From the NCBI GenBank assembly GCA_977017575.1, contig CDRNVI010000008.1, positions 62,001 through 126,000 of the forward strand: a DNA stretch of 64,000 bases, read 5' to 3'. The DNA comes from Paramoeba atlantica. Lineage: Eukaryota; Protista; Discosea. The notes beneath the pieces are model-generated. The model saw nothing but the letters and a program-made list of their open reading frames with translations. It made no database searches and had not been told where the DNA came from. Shown here piece by piece: positions 51,437 to 62,449 of the stretch. Within the stretch, counting starts at the first letter, position 1. Each line of letters opens with the position of its first letter. The translations under genes and the position numbers were made by a program.

Positions 51437-52735
51437 ATGTTACGGGTACTGCCTAGTCTCTTTCACCGAAAGTCGCATTCAATTTCCTTCAAGACAGCAT
51501 TGCGCACTACCAATCAAAGAATAGTTGAATCGAACTTTGTAACTGGTCGCACAAACTTATTGACTAATGTGCTTGCTCTTTGGAACGTAAAAGCAGATAA
51601 AAACACGAACACGGAAGGCGGAATCTCGAATACTGAAACCGGGGAAAAAGATGAAAATGAGTCAACTGCAATTATGAAGAGTCAGAAAAAAAGATTATAT
51701 ATCTTAGCGACGACTAAATCAAAAGCGAATTTTGAAACCTCGCCACCACCCCAACATCTAAACCCATTCTATCAACGTATATTGTCAGAATATCAGACGA
51801 ATTCGCATTGCCGTATTTTGGGTTTTCCTTACGTGCACGCTAGGTCCTACCGTAAATGGATTTATGTTCGTACTCCAAAAGGACTTTGCATGATGCTGCG
51901 CTTTCGTATGACCGGTTGTCGTAAGGACTTCGTATGGACTAGCCAAAAATACTGGAAATATGTTCCTCCTACGCGGCGGAATGCTTTTCACAAGTTATTT
52001 CGACGGTTTCAGGAGCTGAAAAAATCGAACAAATCAGCGGAAGAATCTTTGCACGAGCTCCTTCAGCACAAATACGATTATTTTCCTGATGCGGAAATCA
52101 ACAGCATGAGAAAAGTAATTTGTAACTCCCCGAAAATGCGAGGAACAAATGAGATGCTAAAAGATCTTTCGACGCAGAAATCACAAGGCAATGGACCTAC
52201 AGTTTCTTTAAAACCATCGACAATGTACGCTTATCTATCACGTATTCGCTGCACTCCTGCCTTGCATTATGGCAGAGCACTTCGGGCAATTGTTCGTACC
52301 TGTTATCGAGACATTTTTCCTGCCAGCTACGATGCGTTGCTTCAAACACTTGAAGACCCGCTCATGGAAAATCGATGCGGAAAAGGTACTCTGACAACAA
52401 AATCTCTCAACTCAACAAGCAATAGCACGAAAAAGAATCTAGTTAAAGAAGTACCAAAGATACCTTTACCAAACCTTTCCAGAAAACATGCATTTTTTCA
52501 TGTAAAATTTTCACATTTTACTCCAGAATTCGTACGTGACATTGCTGTTTGGCTCATTAAAAATAACGACACCAAGCACCCACCCGATGAGAAAAACATG
52601 CCATATGGGTTAACTTACAGCTCGTTAGCGAAAAGTGGGAAAGACGAAGTGCATCGCTCGTTTATTCGTGAGCGCAATTTTGCTCTAGAAACTTTGTATT
52701 GCATAAAACTCCAGAACTTAGAAAATAAAGCGTAG
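51437..52735 (+). CDS. Hypothetical basic protein
   Basis: 432-aa ORF on the cluster strand with a presequence-like N-terminus; no family recognised. Confidence 0.65.
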   Translation: MLRVLPSLFHRKSHSISFKTALRTTNQRIVESNFVTGRTNLLTNVLALWNVKADKNTNTEGGISNTETGEKDENESTAIMKSQKKRLYILATTKSKANFETSPPPQHLNPFYQRILSEYQTNSHCRILGFPYVHARSYRKWIYVRTPKGLCMMLRFRMTGCRKDFVWTSQKYWKYVPPTRRNAFHKLFRRFQELKKSNKSAEESLHELLQHKYDYFPDAEINSMRKVICNSPKMRGTNEMLKDLSTQKSQGNGPTVSLKPSTMYAYLSRIRCTPALHYGRALRAIVRTCYRDIFPASYDALLQTLEDPLMENRCGKGTLTTKSLNSTSNSTKKNLVKEVPKIPLPNLSRKHAFFHVKFSHFTPEFVRDIAVWLIKNNDTKHPPDEKNMPYGLTYSSLAKSGKDEVHRSFIRERNFALETLYCIKLQNLENKA

Positions 52736-53406
52736 TGTGTGTATGTGTGTGTGTCTTCCACGCTGAGAAAAGTACGAGACGTTTAGAAAAGATCGGAATA
52801 CAAAGTATAGCACACAGCTAAAGATTCAGAATTATTTTATGAGATCCTATTATGGAAAAGACAGTTGCTACACATACTTGAATTCAAAAACTGGTTTTTT
52901 ACGAATTATCTTTTTGGTGGGCCTGTTATTTCTAGTCATTTTTAGAGACAGATATTGCAATTTTCTGGTTATTTGTTTGTAATTTGATCTATTGATATTT
53001 TTGTTACATTGTTATAACAATTTTATAATAAAGCATCTGCTAAATTCCTTATTCAACTCCCATACACAAGGCAAACTACGTTTCATAAAATTGATCTTTG
53101 AGAAGTGTTTCGAACATTCATCCAATCGCTTTGGTACACCTTTTTTATATCTCTTTCTTCACACCAGGCTCCTAACAACAACAGCAAACTCAACTCTACC
53201 CTTCCTTATACAACCTTCATTCTCCTCTTTTCTTCCCTTTTCCCTTCCTCACCCCCTCCCCTCTTTCCCCCCCCCCACTCCCCCTACCCCCCCCCTACCC
53301 TCCTTTCTTTCTTTTCCTCTACCAAAACAAAAAAACAACTTTCACAAACCCTATCCCCCTTTACTCCTCTATCTCCCCTCTATCTCTTCCCCCCCCCCTC
53401 CCCCAT

Positions 53407-54693
53407 ATGAACACCGTAAAATCCCTCTCCCATCTCCTCGGCCTGGTCGCCCCCCCTACCACTACCAACACGACCCCCACCCCCCACACCCTCCCCCCCT
53501 CTCCCGTCTCCTCCCCCCCCTCCCCCCTCTCCCGTCTCCTCTCCCCCCACACCCCCCTCCCCCTCCGTCACCACATCACCGTCGCGCGGTGGCACACCGA
53601 CACCCGACCCCCGCTCCATCTCGTGCTCCTCCCCCCGCTGTACGCCACAGGGGGGGGGTTCTACGGGGGGGTGGGCGCAGCGGCGTGTGGGATGCCCGCA
53701 GCGGGGGGAGGGGGAGGGGGAGGGGGGATAGGGGGAGGGGGGGTCGTGAGCCCGCGGTACCCGCTCCATCTCCACGCGGTGGATGTGCGGGATCATGGGA
53801 TGACGGGGGATAGGGGGGTAAAGGGGGTGGGGGATGAAACGGGGGTTTCGTCGTCGTCTTCGTCTTGTTCTACTTCTGGTTTTAGTGTCGCAGCGGCGTG
53901 TGTGGATGTGTTGGGTTTTCTGTCGGGTCCTGTGTTTGGGGGTTCGCCGGTGTATTTGGTGGGGTATGGTGTGGGTGGGGTGATTGCGTCGGCGGTGGCG
54001 ATGGCTGCCCCGCATGGGGTGCGAGGGGTGACGGTGATCAATGCGAATGTGGTGCGCCCGGGGAGTGTGGGGCTCTCGCCGGCGGCGAAATATTTTCTGA
54101 GGTTGGGGAGAAAGGAGGGGGAGGTGGCGGAAATGCTGGCCGGGGGAAGCGTTCCTTCGTCAGATGAGTTGAATGCTCAAGCGGATAAAAGATTGAAAGA
54201 GTGTGGGAGTTTTGATAAAATGAATGAGGAATTGCGTGAAGTATTTCCGGATCGGAAAGAGCGTATGGTAATGTTGTCCAATATTAAGGAAACAAACGGG
54301 GAGTTGGCGTGGAAGATGAATGTTGGAAATATTACAAGATTCGCCGTAACAGACTTTTTAGCTAATGAAAAGTCGGGAGAGGGGACACGTACTACAGAAA
54401 ATGGCAAGAAAATTGATGATGAACTATCGGTGGGATCATTGCTACTGAACGCTTCAAAAAAGAGCAATGTGCCTTTCCATTGGATACGAGATCAAGATGG
54501 GGGCTTTGAGTCTCGCAATGCGCTGGAAAACTTTTTTTCTGATGCAAAAGTTGAAGATTGGACCAATTTTGGAGGTGCTGACGCAACACATCGTCTTTTA
54601 CTCCCACGCGCAGCCGATGTTTTGCATTCTGTCCTGAACCGCTTTGATTTGCTGAGCGTAGAGGAAAAGGATGACGATGTCGCAGACAAATAG
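53407..54693 (+). CDS. Divergent alpha/beta-hydrolase fold protein (ABHD11-like), nucleophile apparently lost
   Basis: HLVLLPPLY, LHAVDVRDHG (compare DLRNHG), VYLVGYGVGG at the GxSxG elbow position, LAWKMNV. Confidence 0.6.
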   Translation: MNTVKSLSHLLGLVAPPTTTNTTPTPHTLPPSPVSSPPSPLSRLLSPHTPLPLRHHITVARWHTDTRPPLHLVLLPPLYATGGGFYGGVGAAACGMPAAGGGGGGGGIGGGGVVSPRYPLHLHAVDVRDHGMTGDRGVKGVGDETGVSSSSSSCSTSGFSVAAACVDVLGFLSGPVFGGSPVYLVGYGVGGVIASAVAMAAPHGVRGVTVINANVVRPGSVGLSPAAKYFLRLGRKEGEVAEMLAGGSVPSSDELNAQADKRLKECGSFDKMNEELREVFPDRKERMVMLSNIKETNGELAWKMNVGNITRFAVTDFLANEKSGEGTRTTENGKKIDDELSVGSLLLNASKKSNVPFHWIRDQDGGFESRNALENFFSDAKVEDWTNFGGADATHRLLLPRAADVLHSVLNRFDLLSVEEKDDDVADK

Positions 54694-54922
54694 TAATTTC
54701 CATCACCAAGTGGGGGTGTATATTCTTTGGATAGAAATATGGCTAACATTCTATGGGATAGACTTTCTACGGATAAGTCTCAAAGGATTTCCTATTCGGA
54801 ATTATAGACTACGTACATGTATATTTGTACGTTCTCTGAGTCCTGAAATATAATTTACACAATGTATGCACTGCGTTCTCTTCTTGTTTATCTTATCTTT
54901 TGAAGATCTTTTTTTCACTAAA

Positions 54923-57900
54923 ATGGCAGCGTCTCCAAACGAAGTGGTAGAATTAAGTCATTGTATTTCGAATTGGAAAGAACGGTATCTTACACAGCTG
55001 AGAGAAATTGCCAGCGGGGCCGCGCTTAGTTCCTTGGTTGAAACAGATTATGAAGAGAGCTTGCCCCAGCACATTCGAGTCTACTGGCCCATCATTCCTT
55101 TTGAAAAGAATCCGGTGGTTCAAAGCGCGGTTGAGCTGTGTCTGCGCACCACTCCAAGAGTGCAGCAAGTGTCCTTCGGCGTGGCCTTTGCCTCAGGGAC
55201 TTTGTTGACTGAGATAAGCTCACCTAAGGCCATGCAGTTTGTCTCAGAAGATGCCGCAGGTTCTTTATTTTCTTCTCTTTCTGGCATAACGAAGGCTCGG
55301 CAACGTATTTTTCGCTCTCAAGTTTGGTCTGCCGTTCTTCTACGAGTCATGGCCGAACAGTCATCTGCAGCGGACGAATTCCTTGGCACTATTTTTCAGA
55401 ACACTCTTTTAGGACTTCCTTTCAAAATCAACGAGAGTTCTCCCTCCTCTGGAAACAGAGCCAACTCAATGGATGAATTTTTGACTTCAAATCTGACGAT
55501 TTCGGATGGGGCTGCGGACAGAGGGGAGCACTTTCTCGTTCGACTACAGTCCAACGTTGCCTTTGATGCCACATTACACCTTTTAAAGGTGATGCACAGC
55601 ACCGCCCCCAAAAATATCCGCCTTAACCTTTTGTTTTCTCGTCTTGAGGAATCCTTAGTTGAGTTGTACAACAAGCACTCCCCTACGGGGAATAAAATTC
55701 CCATCGTTCAATTAAAAAGGCTGCTTACCGTAAAAACACACTTACTCCCTTCGCTACGTCTTCCTACATTACAGCGCGTCGTAGAGGAGGACCTCCAAAA
55801 ATCACTACGAAAACTGCGCCGTCTGCATCCGCAAGAGAGTCGCCATGCCCATCGTACACCTCACTTTTACGAATCCGAGCTCCAATCCTGTGTCTTAGCA
55901 TTAGGCCAGCACACGTTGGATCACGACTCTATTCTATTGCTTTCACCCCTCTTTCTTAAACATCGTGTAAAGGCTCACATCGCACGAAGCTTTCTCCAAG
56001 GTGCTCTGTTTGAGGCGATTCACGCTCGGGCGTCACGGATGACCACTACGGAGGCCAAGTGGTTGGGTTCCATGCTCCTCTACCATGCATGTCAGGGTGG
56101 AAGTAGTCTCCGAGAGACAGCCTACGTATGCTTACGCGATCTGGCCTGTCTGATCTCATCACGCGATTCTACCCTCGAGGATGGCGCCGCACTTGATACT
56201 TCCACTTCCTCGCACTTGTTTCATTTTCTAGGACCACGGCTGTTTAAAACACCTGAAGGAGTGGCGTTGCTGACACGATCCCTGGCTGATGGTTCCGTGG
56301 ATGGACGTATGCTCTCTTCAGTGACTCAAGCGCTAACCGCAAAAGAGTGGAGAGCGCTCATTTGGGATGCAATTTATGAAGGGAAAGGGCGGTCGCTGCA
56401 TTTCTTGCAAAAGTTTTATCGATCTACCGCTTGTCCTCAAGACGTTATTCCACTCTTAGAATCAGAAGATGGCGATTTTGTCTCAAATTGGGTGAATGAA
56501 ATCAAGGAACGATTGTTTGACGAGGATGTTGAGTTGTCGCGAGGTGTAGAATCAGCTCATAGCATTCTTCTCGGATGTGTCCACAGTGTCTCTTTTGCAT
56601 CCGCAGCACTAGGCACTTTGTTTACTGTACAAAACTCTGATCTGATGAAAACCTACCTGAGCAATCTCTCTGACTTTATGCTGAACGGAATACGTCAGTG
56701 TCGCTCTGCAGGTATTGTTCAAATATTTTTGGACCTTGTTTTCGCTTCTATATTTCGCACAACTCTGCAAAAGCAGATTACGTGGACGCGGTTCTTAACC
56801 AATATAATAATAAACAGCGAATGTGCTACTGAGCAGTGCGTTGCGGCAATAGGAACCTTGATGAGCGAGCAGGCACTGAGCAGCGAAGTATGTTCTTCGC
56901 TGGATGTGTATCAATGTGTGCTTCAGCTTTTGAGTACGCCATCAGTCGGTCCACATGTGCAGCTTTTCCACGCTCTACGTGGTAGCACACAAGACGCAGA
57001 CATGCGCCCTCTTCTTGGTCTCGCGTTCACCTACTGCGTTCCACGGATGGGAATGGATTATTTATCCGTGTACGCAGATAAAATCTTTGAAGGCTTGTCT
57101 CTTCCCACTATCACGCGGGTCTCCAAGGCTCAAGACACTTTGAATAGTTTAGGTTCTTATGGTATGGACCCCAATGCTATGGGAACCTTCTTTGTTTGGT
57201 TTGAAAAACACTTGGCAAAAATTAATGAAAGGGAATCAACTGCATCCAATGCGTGGATCGTGTCAATTCGTGATGCCAGCAATGCATGGGCGCAGTGTTG
57301 CATTGCCGCTTCAATATATCGCCCTAATTTGCGTACTTCTCTTGTACAATTGATGCGACGGGAGCTTACGGAAGCCCACAGCCACATTGATCAAAAACCT
57401 GATGCATACGCCTGTATGGCCTACGTGACATGCCAAATATTTATCCAGCTTTTTCTATTCGTACGCAGGAGCCAGCCCGCACGCCTCGATTTACCCCTGC
57501 AGGAAGACATACAGGAAATTCTTTACATTTTGCACAATCATCAAGGTTCATTAGAGCAACTCCCCGCTCCGCATAGTGCACGCAGCGCACTTCTTTCTCG
57601 AGGAACTCTGTCCATTCTGGAGAGCCTTATAGATACGGATGACACGGTGGACGTGGCCGATTCCGTGTCCAGCGCTTCGATCATTGCAACGGAAATTTTA
57701 GCCAACGTCGAGAGAGGCACTCATTCTGACTATTGGATGGTTGAGCACTACGGGTCCATGGCTGAACGAATTAAGAGCAAACAGTATTCAATTGAGACCG
57801 AAAAAGAAACAGATGCTTCTTTATCAGGCGAGAAACGGAGTCTCTCCACGAATGCGCAAGAGCTGTTTCAATTTGATCCCAGAGCCACACGTGTGTTTCC

Positions 57901-59500
57901 CTCCCCCCGCGACACGCAAGAGATGGAGGAGATGGACGTCCTGTCTCGTATTCTACAAGAGCAAGATTTGGATCTCCGTGACAACAGCTCCGAGGACGAG
58001 TCTCAAGGAGGCGCAATGGAAAGTTCCACCATCGAAAGTGCACTCGACACCGCTACCTTTTCTCACTCAAGCAGCATCGGCTCGGAGAGGTCACATTCCG
58101 CTCACCTTGGTTCCACCACCGAGGCCGCCACCTCGGAACAAAACCGATCCAAATCCGTATCCCCCGAAATCGTATCAACCCTCCCCCCGCAACCCTACCC
58201 CCCCGGACCCGCTCTCGACCCCTCCTGGCCCACCACCGCACCCAACAGCCACGGCTCCACCTCCCACCTCCGTCCCTCCTCCTCATCCTCTGCCGGGAGC
58301 AGCCCCGTGATCCCCGCGCTTACCCAGCCCCCCTCCCACCGTACCCCCTCCCCTGCGCTCTCCCCCTCCCCGGCCTCCAGAGCCTCCTCTCTTCGCCATC
58401 TCCTGCTTCGTCACGTGCGGTACCAAAACGCTGCCACGATACTGAAAGAGATTGCAGAAGAGACCCCCTGGCGGGGAAGCGAATTTCACACAATCCAACA
58501 CAATCCACGAAATCGGATAGAGGAAGAGATGACCATGACGAGACCTCCAACCCGGTCGTGTTCAAATACGGAAGAGACCAATTCGGTTTCTTCTCCTGGA
58601 CTCGTCCAACATCCGTTTACCCCTACCCTTGAGGTTTTACGCTCCCGTAACGCGTTAAAGCCCTACATGGTGTTACTACAAAAAGCGACGGCACGGCAGG
58701 ACATGTCCTCCGCGGTGAAGGATCTGATCCCTGCGCTACGAAGGCTACGGACAGCAGCAAGGAGTGAGGATTTAACCCCCGCGACCCCACGAAAAGGGCG
58801 GGAGCCTCACCCGGGGGAGTTGGCCACACAATCTCCACAAAGTGCGTATGATGGAAAGGATTATGGGGGGGGAAGGTTTTCAAGAAGAGATTGCGGTCGT
58901 GTGGAGAACTCACCACGTTCGCGAAGTACAACACGGGTCCGGTTTCACTCTCCCAGTCCGGTGAAGGGGAGTTGGGTTGCCGCTGAGTTAGCCTCCCGTC
59001 GTCCAGTCTCGAGGATACGGTCAACCAGTTTAATGCGCGGACCGGGGTCAAATGATGTCATACGTCAAGCCTGTGCGGTGCAACATGTAGACACAACGCT
59101 ACGGGAACTCTCCCCAAGTGGGAAAATGGTTTCTTCGGTAGCTCGGGAGGTAGACTCGAAGGGGTTGTCTCATCCGTATTCTGTTCTGGCACAGTCGGGA
59201 CGACACAGGTCTGTGTCCAGTCCCCCACGCGTGCGACATCGTAGCGCACAGGAGATGAGAGAAGCACAGGACCAACTAGAAGGGGAGGAGGTGGCAATGA
59301 ATGCACCACTGACACAACCCAGTCCTAGCCGATTGCCCCGGATGGTCCCGAAGGAGCCTCATGAGTTGTTAGGTCCTACAGCGTTTCCCGCGCGTCCTCC
59401 GGTGCTGCAGGGAAGTGGGCCGAAATCGGTGTTACCGGGTGGCACACGTGAGACGTTTCCGAATCCCGTGCGCCAGATGCGGTTTAGTGACGTATTGTAG
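54923..59500 (+). CDS. Large hypothetical protein with helical N-terminal two-thirds and Ser/Pro/Arg-rich disordered C-terminus
   Basis: About 1525 uninterrupted codons from ATG 54923. Confidence 0.8.
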   Translation: MAASPNEVVELSHCISNWKERYLTQLREIASGAALSSLVETDYEESLPQHIRVYWPIIPFEKNPVVQSAVELCLRTTPRVQQVSFGVAFASGTLLTEISSPKAMQFVSEDAAGSLFSSLSGITKARQRIFRSQVWSAVLLRVMAEQSSAADEFLGTIFQNTLLGLPFKINESSPSSGNRANSMDEFLTSNLTISDGAADRGEHFLVRLQSNVAFDATLHLLKVMHSTAPKNIRLNLLFSRLEESLVELYNKHSPTGNKIPIVQLKRLLTVKTHLLPSLRLPTLQRVVEEDLQKSLRKLRRLHPQESRHAHRTPHFYESELQSCVLALGQHTLDHDSILLLSPLFLKHRVKAHIARSFLQGALFEAIHARASRMTTTEAKWLGSMLLYHACQGGSSLRETAYVCLRDLACLISSRDSTLEDGAALDTSTSSHLFHFLGPRLFKTPEGVALLTRSLADGSVDGRMLSSVTQALTAKEWRALIWDAIYEGKGRSLHFLQKFYRSTACPQDVIPLLESEDGDFVSNWVNEIKERLFDEDVELSRGVESAHSILLGCVHSVSFASAALGTLFTVQNSDLMKTYLSNLSDFMLNGIRQCRSAGIVQIFLDLVFASIFRTTLQKQITWTRFLTNIIINSECATEQCVAAIGTLMSEQALSSEVCSSLDVYQCVLQLLSTPSVGPHVQLFHALRGSTQDADMRPLLGLAFTYCVPRMGMDYLSVYADKIFEGLSLPTITRVSKAQDTLNSLGSYGMDPNAMGTFFVWFEKHLAKINERESTASNAWIVSIRDASNAWAQCCIAASIYRPNLRTSLVQLMRRELTEAHSHIDQKPDAYACMAYVTCQIFIQLFLFVRRSQPARLDLPLQEDIQEILYILHNHQGSLEQLPAPHSARSALLSRGTLSILESLIDTDDTVDVADSVSSASIIATEILANVERGTHSDYWMVEHYGSMAERIKSKQYSIETEKETDASLSGEKRSLSTNAQELFQFDPRATRVFPSPRDTQEMEEMDVLSRILQEQDLDLRDNSSEDESQGGAMESSTIESALDTATFSHSSSIGSERSHSAHLGSTTEAATSEQNRSKSVSPEIVSTLPPQPYPPGPALDPSWPTTAPNSHGSTSHLRPSSSSSAGSSPVIPALTQPPSHRTPSPALSPSPASRASSLRHLLLRHVRYQNAATILKEIAEETPWRGSEFHTIQHNPRNRIEEEMTMTRPPTRSCSNTEETNSVSSPGLVQHPFTPTLEVLRSRNALKPYMVLLQKATARQDMSSAVKDLIPALRRLRTAARSEDLTPATPRKGREPHPGELATQSPQSAYDGKDYGGGRFSRRDCGRVENSPRSRSTTRVRFHSPSPVKGSWVAAELASRRPVSRIRSTSLMRGPGSNDVIRQACAVQHVDTTLRELSPSGKMVSSVAREVDSKGLSHPYSVLAQSGRHRSVSSPPRVRHRSAQEMREAQDQLEGEEVAMNAPLTQPSPSRLPRMVPKEPHELLGPTAFPARPPVLQGSGPKSVLPGGTRETFPNPVRQMRFSDVL

Positions 59501-59934
59501 TAGAGTGTACTTTTTTTGTGCACATTTTTTATTCCGTTTAAATTGTTGATATTTCGGTGGATAGGTACTATCTTGTGGGTATACACCATGCGTTTTGATA
59601 GTTTCAATGTAGATTTTGCAATAAATTCTCTTCTGGTTTTAGTACAGTGTTGTACAATGTAGCAGGTATTTCGTTTCTTACAAATTGAGAAAACGAAATG
59701 TCACGGAAGTTTAGACAATTTAGTATGCGCCATACGCTTTGTTCATAACGTACTAGAAGTTTCACTCGAAACTTTTTAGATTTCAACAACTTTAACATCT
59801 TCACAATTTTAACATCTGGTATCATACACGTATTTCTTATTTTCTATACATATTAATCTATCCTTGTTAAAACCTTCTGTTCTCCTGTTATATCACATTT
59901 CTATTATCCAATCTTTACTCAACTGCTACACCCC

Positions 59935-60720
59935 ATGTTTTGTCTACCACTTTCTCTTGCTCCTCGTTCCATATCCAAAGTAGCAGGAAAAATCCCGATA
60001 GCTACCGAGAAAGTCAAAGCGTTGTCTAAAACACCGAAAACATCCCCTAGCTCCAATAACCCAAGCTCGACCCCGATGCCCCATCCAGTAGATTTACGAC
60101 GACGACATCAAAACCTCTACGTCCCCGGGATGCACTCGTTTCTTCTCTCCGAGCACCATCTCACGCAAGAGGTAGCGCGGCAAGAGGAGGCATGGCGCCG
60201 CAGACTAAACATGGTCTACGATAAGGAGAATTTTCCACGCCCCACATGGAGTAAGTCCAGCACATATGATATCGAATTCTGCAAGCCCGCAACCATAGAA
60301 AAGGGCAATACCCCATTGGATGAAGCTCATCAAATCGAGTCGAATGTACGCACCAAAAAAGGTAAGAAGTCATCCCGAAATACCCAGCAGGTTTTGGAGA
60401 AAAAATCTCCATCTCCTCATGCAGGTTCGTTGAACACACAATTTTCAGCATCATCAAAACAAGATAAAAAAGAGTTTTGGGATCCACAAAGTGACTACTG
60501 GGGTATGCTGACCTCAGCCATCGCGGGTACCGTGGTGGGGTTCTACTTAGTCGACTGTGTTTTGGAGGGGAAGGAGGGGGTGCGGCTCCCCTATGACCCC
60601 GTTGTGGGGTTTCATCCCACGATACAGGAGCATGAGGGGAGGAGTGAGGCATACAACCAATTGGTGGAGCAGGATATAAGGGAGGGGATTGAAAAGTCGA
60701 AGGCAAAGGTGCTGTCATAG
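59935..60720 (+). CDS. Hypothetical protein with one predicted TM helix
   Basis: 261-aa ORF; hydrophobic segment YWGMLTSAIAGTVVGFYLV. Confidence 0.6.
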   Translation: MFCLPLSLAPRSISKVAGKIPIATEKVKALSKTPKTSPSSNNPSSTPMPHPVDLRRRHQNLYVPGMHSFLLSEHHLTQEVARQEEAWRRRLNMVYDKENFPRPTWSKSSTYDIEFCKPATIEKGNTPLDEAHQIESNVRTKKGKKSSRNTQQVLEKKSPSPHAGSLNTQFSASSKQDKKEFWDPQSDYWGMLTSAIAGTVVGFYLVDCVLEGKEGVRLPYDPVVGFHPTIQEHEGRSEAYNQLVEQDIREGIEKSKAKVLS

Positions 60721-60921
60721 AAATCAGATACATGTAGTCCATGCATTTTTATGGCACATAAACAGGTCGTGATCTTGAGTGCTTTGTGATGTACGCCCAA
60801 TGAAGCAACTTTGACATACATGTGCAATTTGTAATTGTGCCAAAGATTATTCGCTGAGATAAATTAAAGTTCATGGCTTAAATCTTGTTTTCCATGTTTT
60901 TCCTATGAAATCGGACACACT

Positions 60922-61209
60922 ATGTCCACTATAAAATGTCGATGTGGTACCGATTCCGAAGAGGCTCACAGAAAATGGGTGGCATGCGATATATGCGGAG
61001 TATGGATGCACGCAGACTGCATGGGAATTGTAACTGAAGAAGGATTTGAAACGATCAAGCATCGTCCATTTTATTGCGATCCATGTCGGTCATCTTTCGT
61101 AAAAGACAGAGAGGATGTCTCTGAAACTGTACGGATAATTTCTGAGGAATGCATACGATTTCGAAACTACTTGCTGAGGCAGAAATCAGTGTCCTCCAAA
61201 TCCGTTTAG
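60922..61209 (+). CDS. Small PHD-finger protein
   Basis: CRC...WVACDICGVWMHADC...FYCDPC gives the C4-H-C3 pattern. Confidence 0.85.
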   Translation: MSTIKCRCGTDSEEAHRKWVACDICGVWMHADCMGIVTEEGFETIKHRPFYCDPCRSSFVKDREDVSETVRIISEECIRFRNYLLRQKSVSSKSV

Positions 61210-61420
61210 TGATACAATGTACATGTATAGTGTCGTTAAACTCCTTGCAGTTATATTAGAGAAACATTAAATGTTTATTGGGCATACGGAAGCCGCGTAT
61301 GGTACACTAATTGGTATGGTACATTATTGATTAGGAACAATATTGGTTAGGAAGCTTTTGAATTATCACAGTCAGAACAAATTAGTGCTCTTTATTGCTT
61401 TTCAAAAAATCTTTTTCTTT

Positions 61421-62269
61421 ATGAACCCACATCGCACCTCCACAGCACAAAGACTTGCCCTGGGCGTAGGCGCAGCATTGGGGGCACTATGCTTTCCTCA
61501 GCAAGGACATTTCATCGCTACGCTTAGTGAGGTTCTGTTTCCCGTTCCTGCGCTTTCAGCGATGCGCAATAAGATGAGGCAAGACTTTCACGGCCGACAT
61601 TTGCTACTGCAACGTCCCCGAATCACAAACGCGGATCTTCAACGCTGGGAATCCTCTCCCTATGGGACGGACAGAGATACTCTTACTGGAGCCTATGTCC
61701 ACTACATGCGATCGCACGGTTTTGAACCGGAGGGTCGCACGAGTACTCGTTTCATCACGGACCCCGAGCTATGCTACGTGATGCAACGCTACCGTGAAGT
61801 ACATGACATGTTGCACGCCACGCTCGGATTAGAACCCTCGGAGTATGACGAAATGGTGTTAAAAATCGTAGAATTTTATCTCACCGGTCTTCCAATGACA
61901 GGTTTGGCTGTGCTTGGTGTGGCAGCGAGGCGCATGCTTTCTAATTTTTCTGTTCTCGGTCGTAGGACACCTTTTTCGGATAATTCAGCGTTTGGGGAAG
62001 GTGCCCAGGGATCAAGTGAACAGCGAGGAGTTTCTACGTTATCGATGGAGCATGTGGGCCATCCTCTGAAGCGGTCCTTTTGCCCTTTGGTGCAGTCTTA
62101 CCTGAAGCCGTATAACCAAGCAAATTTCATATTGGCAAGAAATCAATTTTCCTCAGAAAATCGTTTATTCTACTTAAATTATGACTGGGAAAAAAGTGCG
62201 AATGATGGTGTTAGATTAGGCTGTATTTTGAAGAGTTTAGGATTACAATCTTACAGGTCTTTTTCTTAA
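61421..62269 (+). CDS. COQ4: Ubiquinone biosynthesis protein COQ4
   Basis: YVMQRYREVHDMLHATLGL...EMVLKIVEFYLTGLPM contains the HDxxH-x11-E motif. Confidence 0.92.
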   Translation: MNPHRTSTAQRLALGVGAALGALCFPQQGHFIATLSEVLFPVPALSAMRNKMRQDFHGRHLLLQRPRITNADLQRWESSPYGTDRDTLTGAYVHYMRSHGFEPEGRTSTRFITDPELCYVMQRYREVHDMLHATLGLEPSEYDEMVLKIVEFYLTGLPMTGLAVLGVAARRMLSNFSVLGRRTPFSDNSAFGEGAQGSSEQRGVSTLSMEHVGHPLKRSFCPLVQSYLKPYNQANFILARNQFSSENRLFYLNYDWEKSANDGVRLGCILKSLGLQSYRSFS

Positions 62270-62449
62270 TAGATTCGAAAACTACTTTAAAAGCAGGTAA
62301 TATGCCTTGTTTTCTGTGCGAAGTGGGTTTCTGTACGAAGTGCAAAAAAAAGTACAGCTGTGTTATTGATAATAGCTATTCACACTGAAATACGTTTTTC
62401 TTCATATTTTCCTACACAAGATTAACTGATGTAGTTAAAGGATATTGAT

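Noticed and set aside
864-59315. Numerous antisense and alternate-frame ORFs overlapping identified genes
   Set aside because: No motifs; expected from GC-rich or skewed coding sequence.
54923-59500. Large ORF as a kinetoplastid kinetochore protein such as KKT1
   Set aside because: Only size and architecture are similar; no sequence motif supports it without a search.
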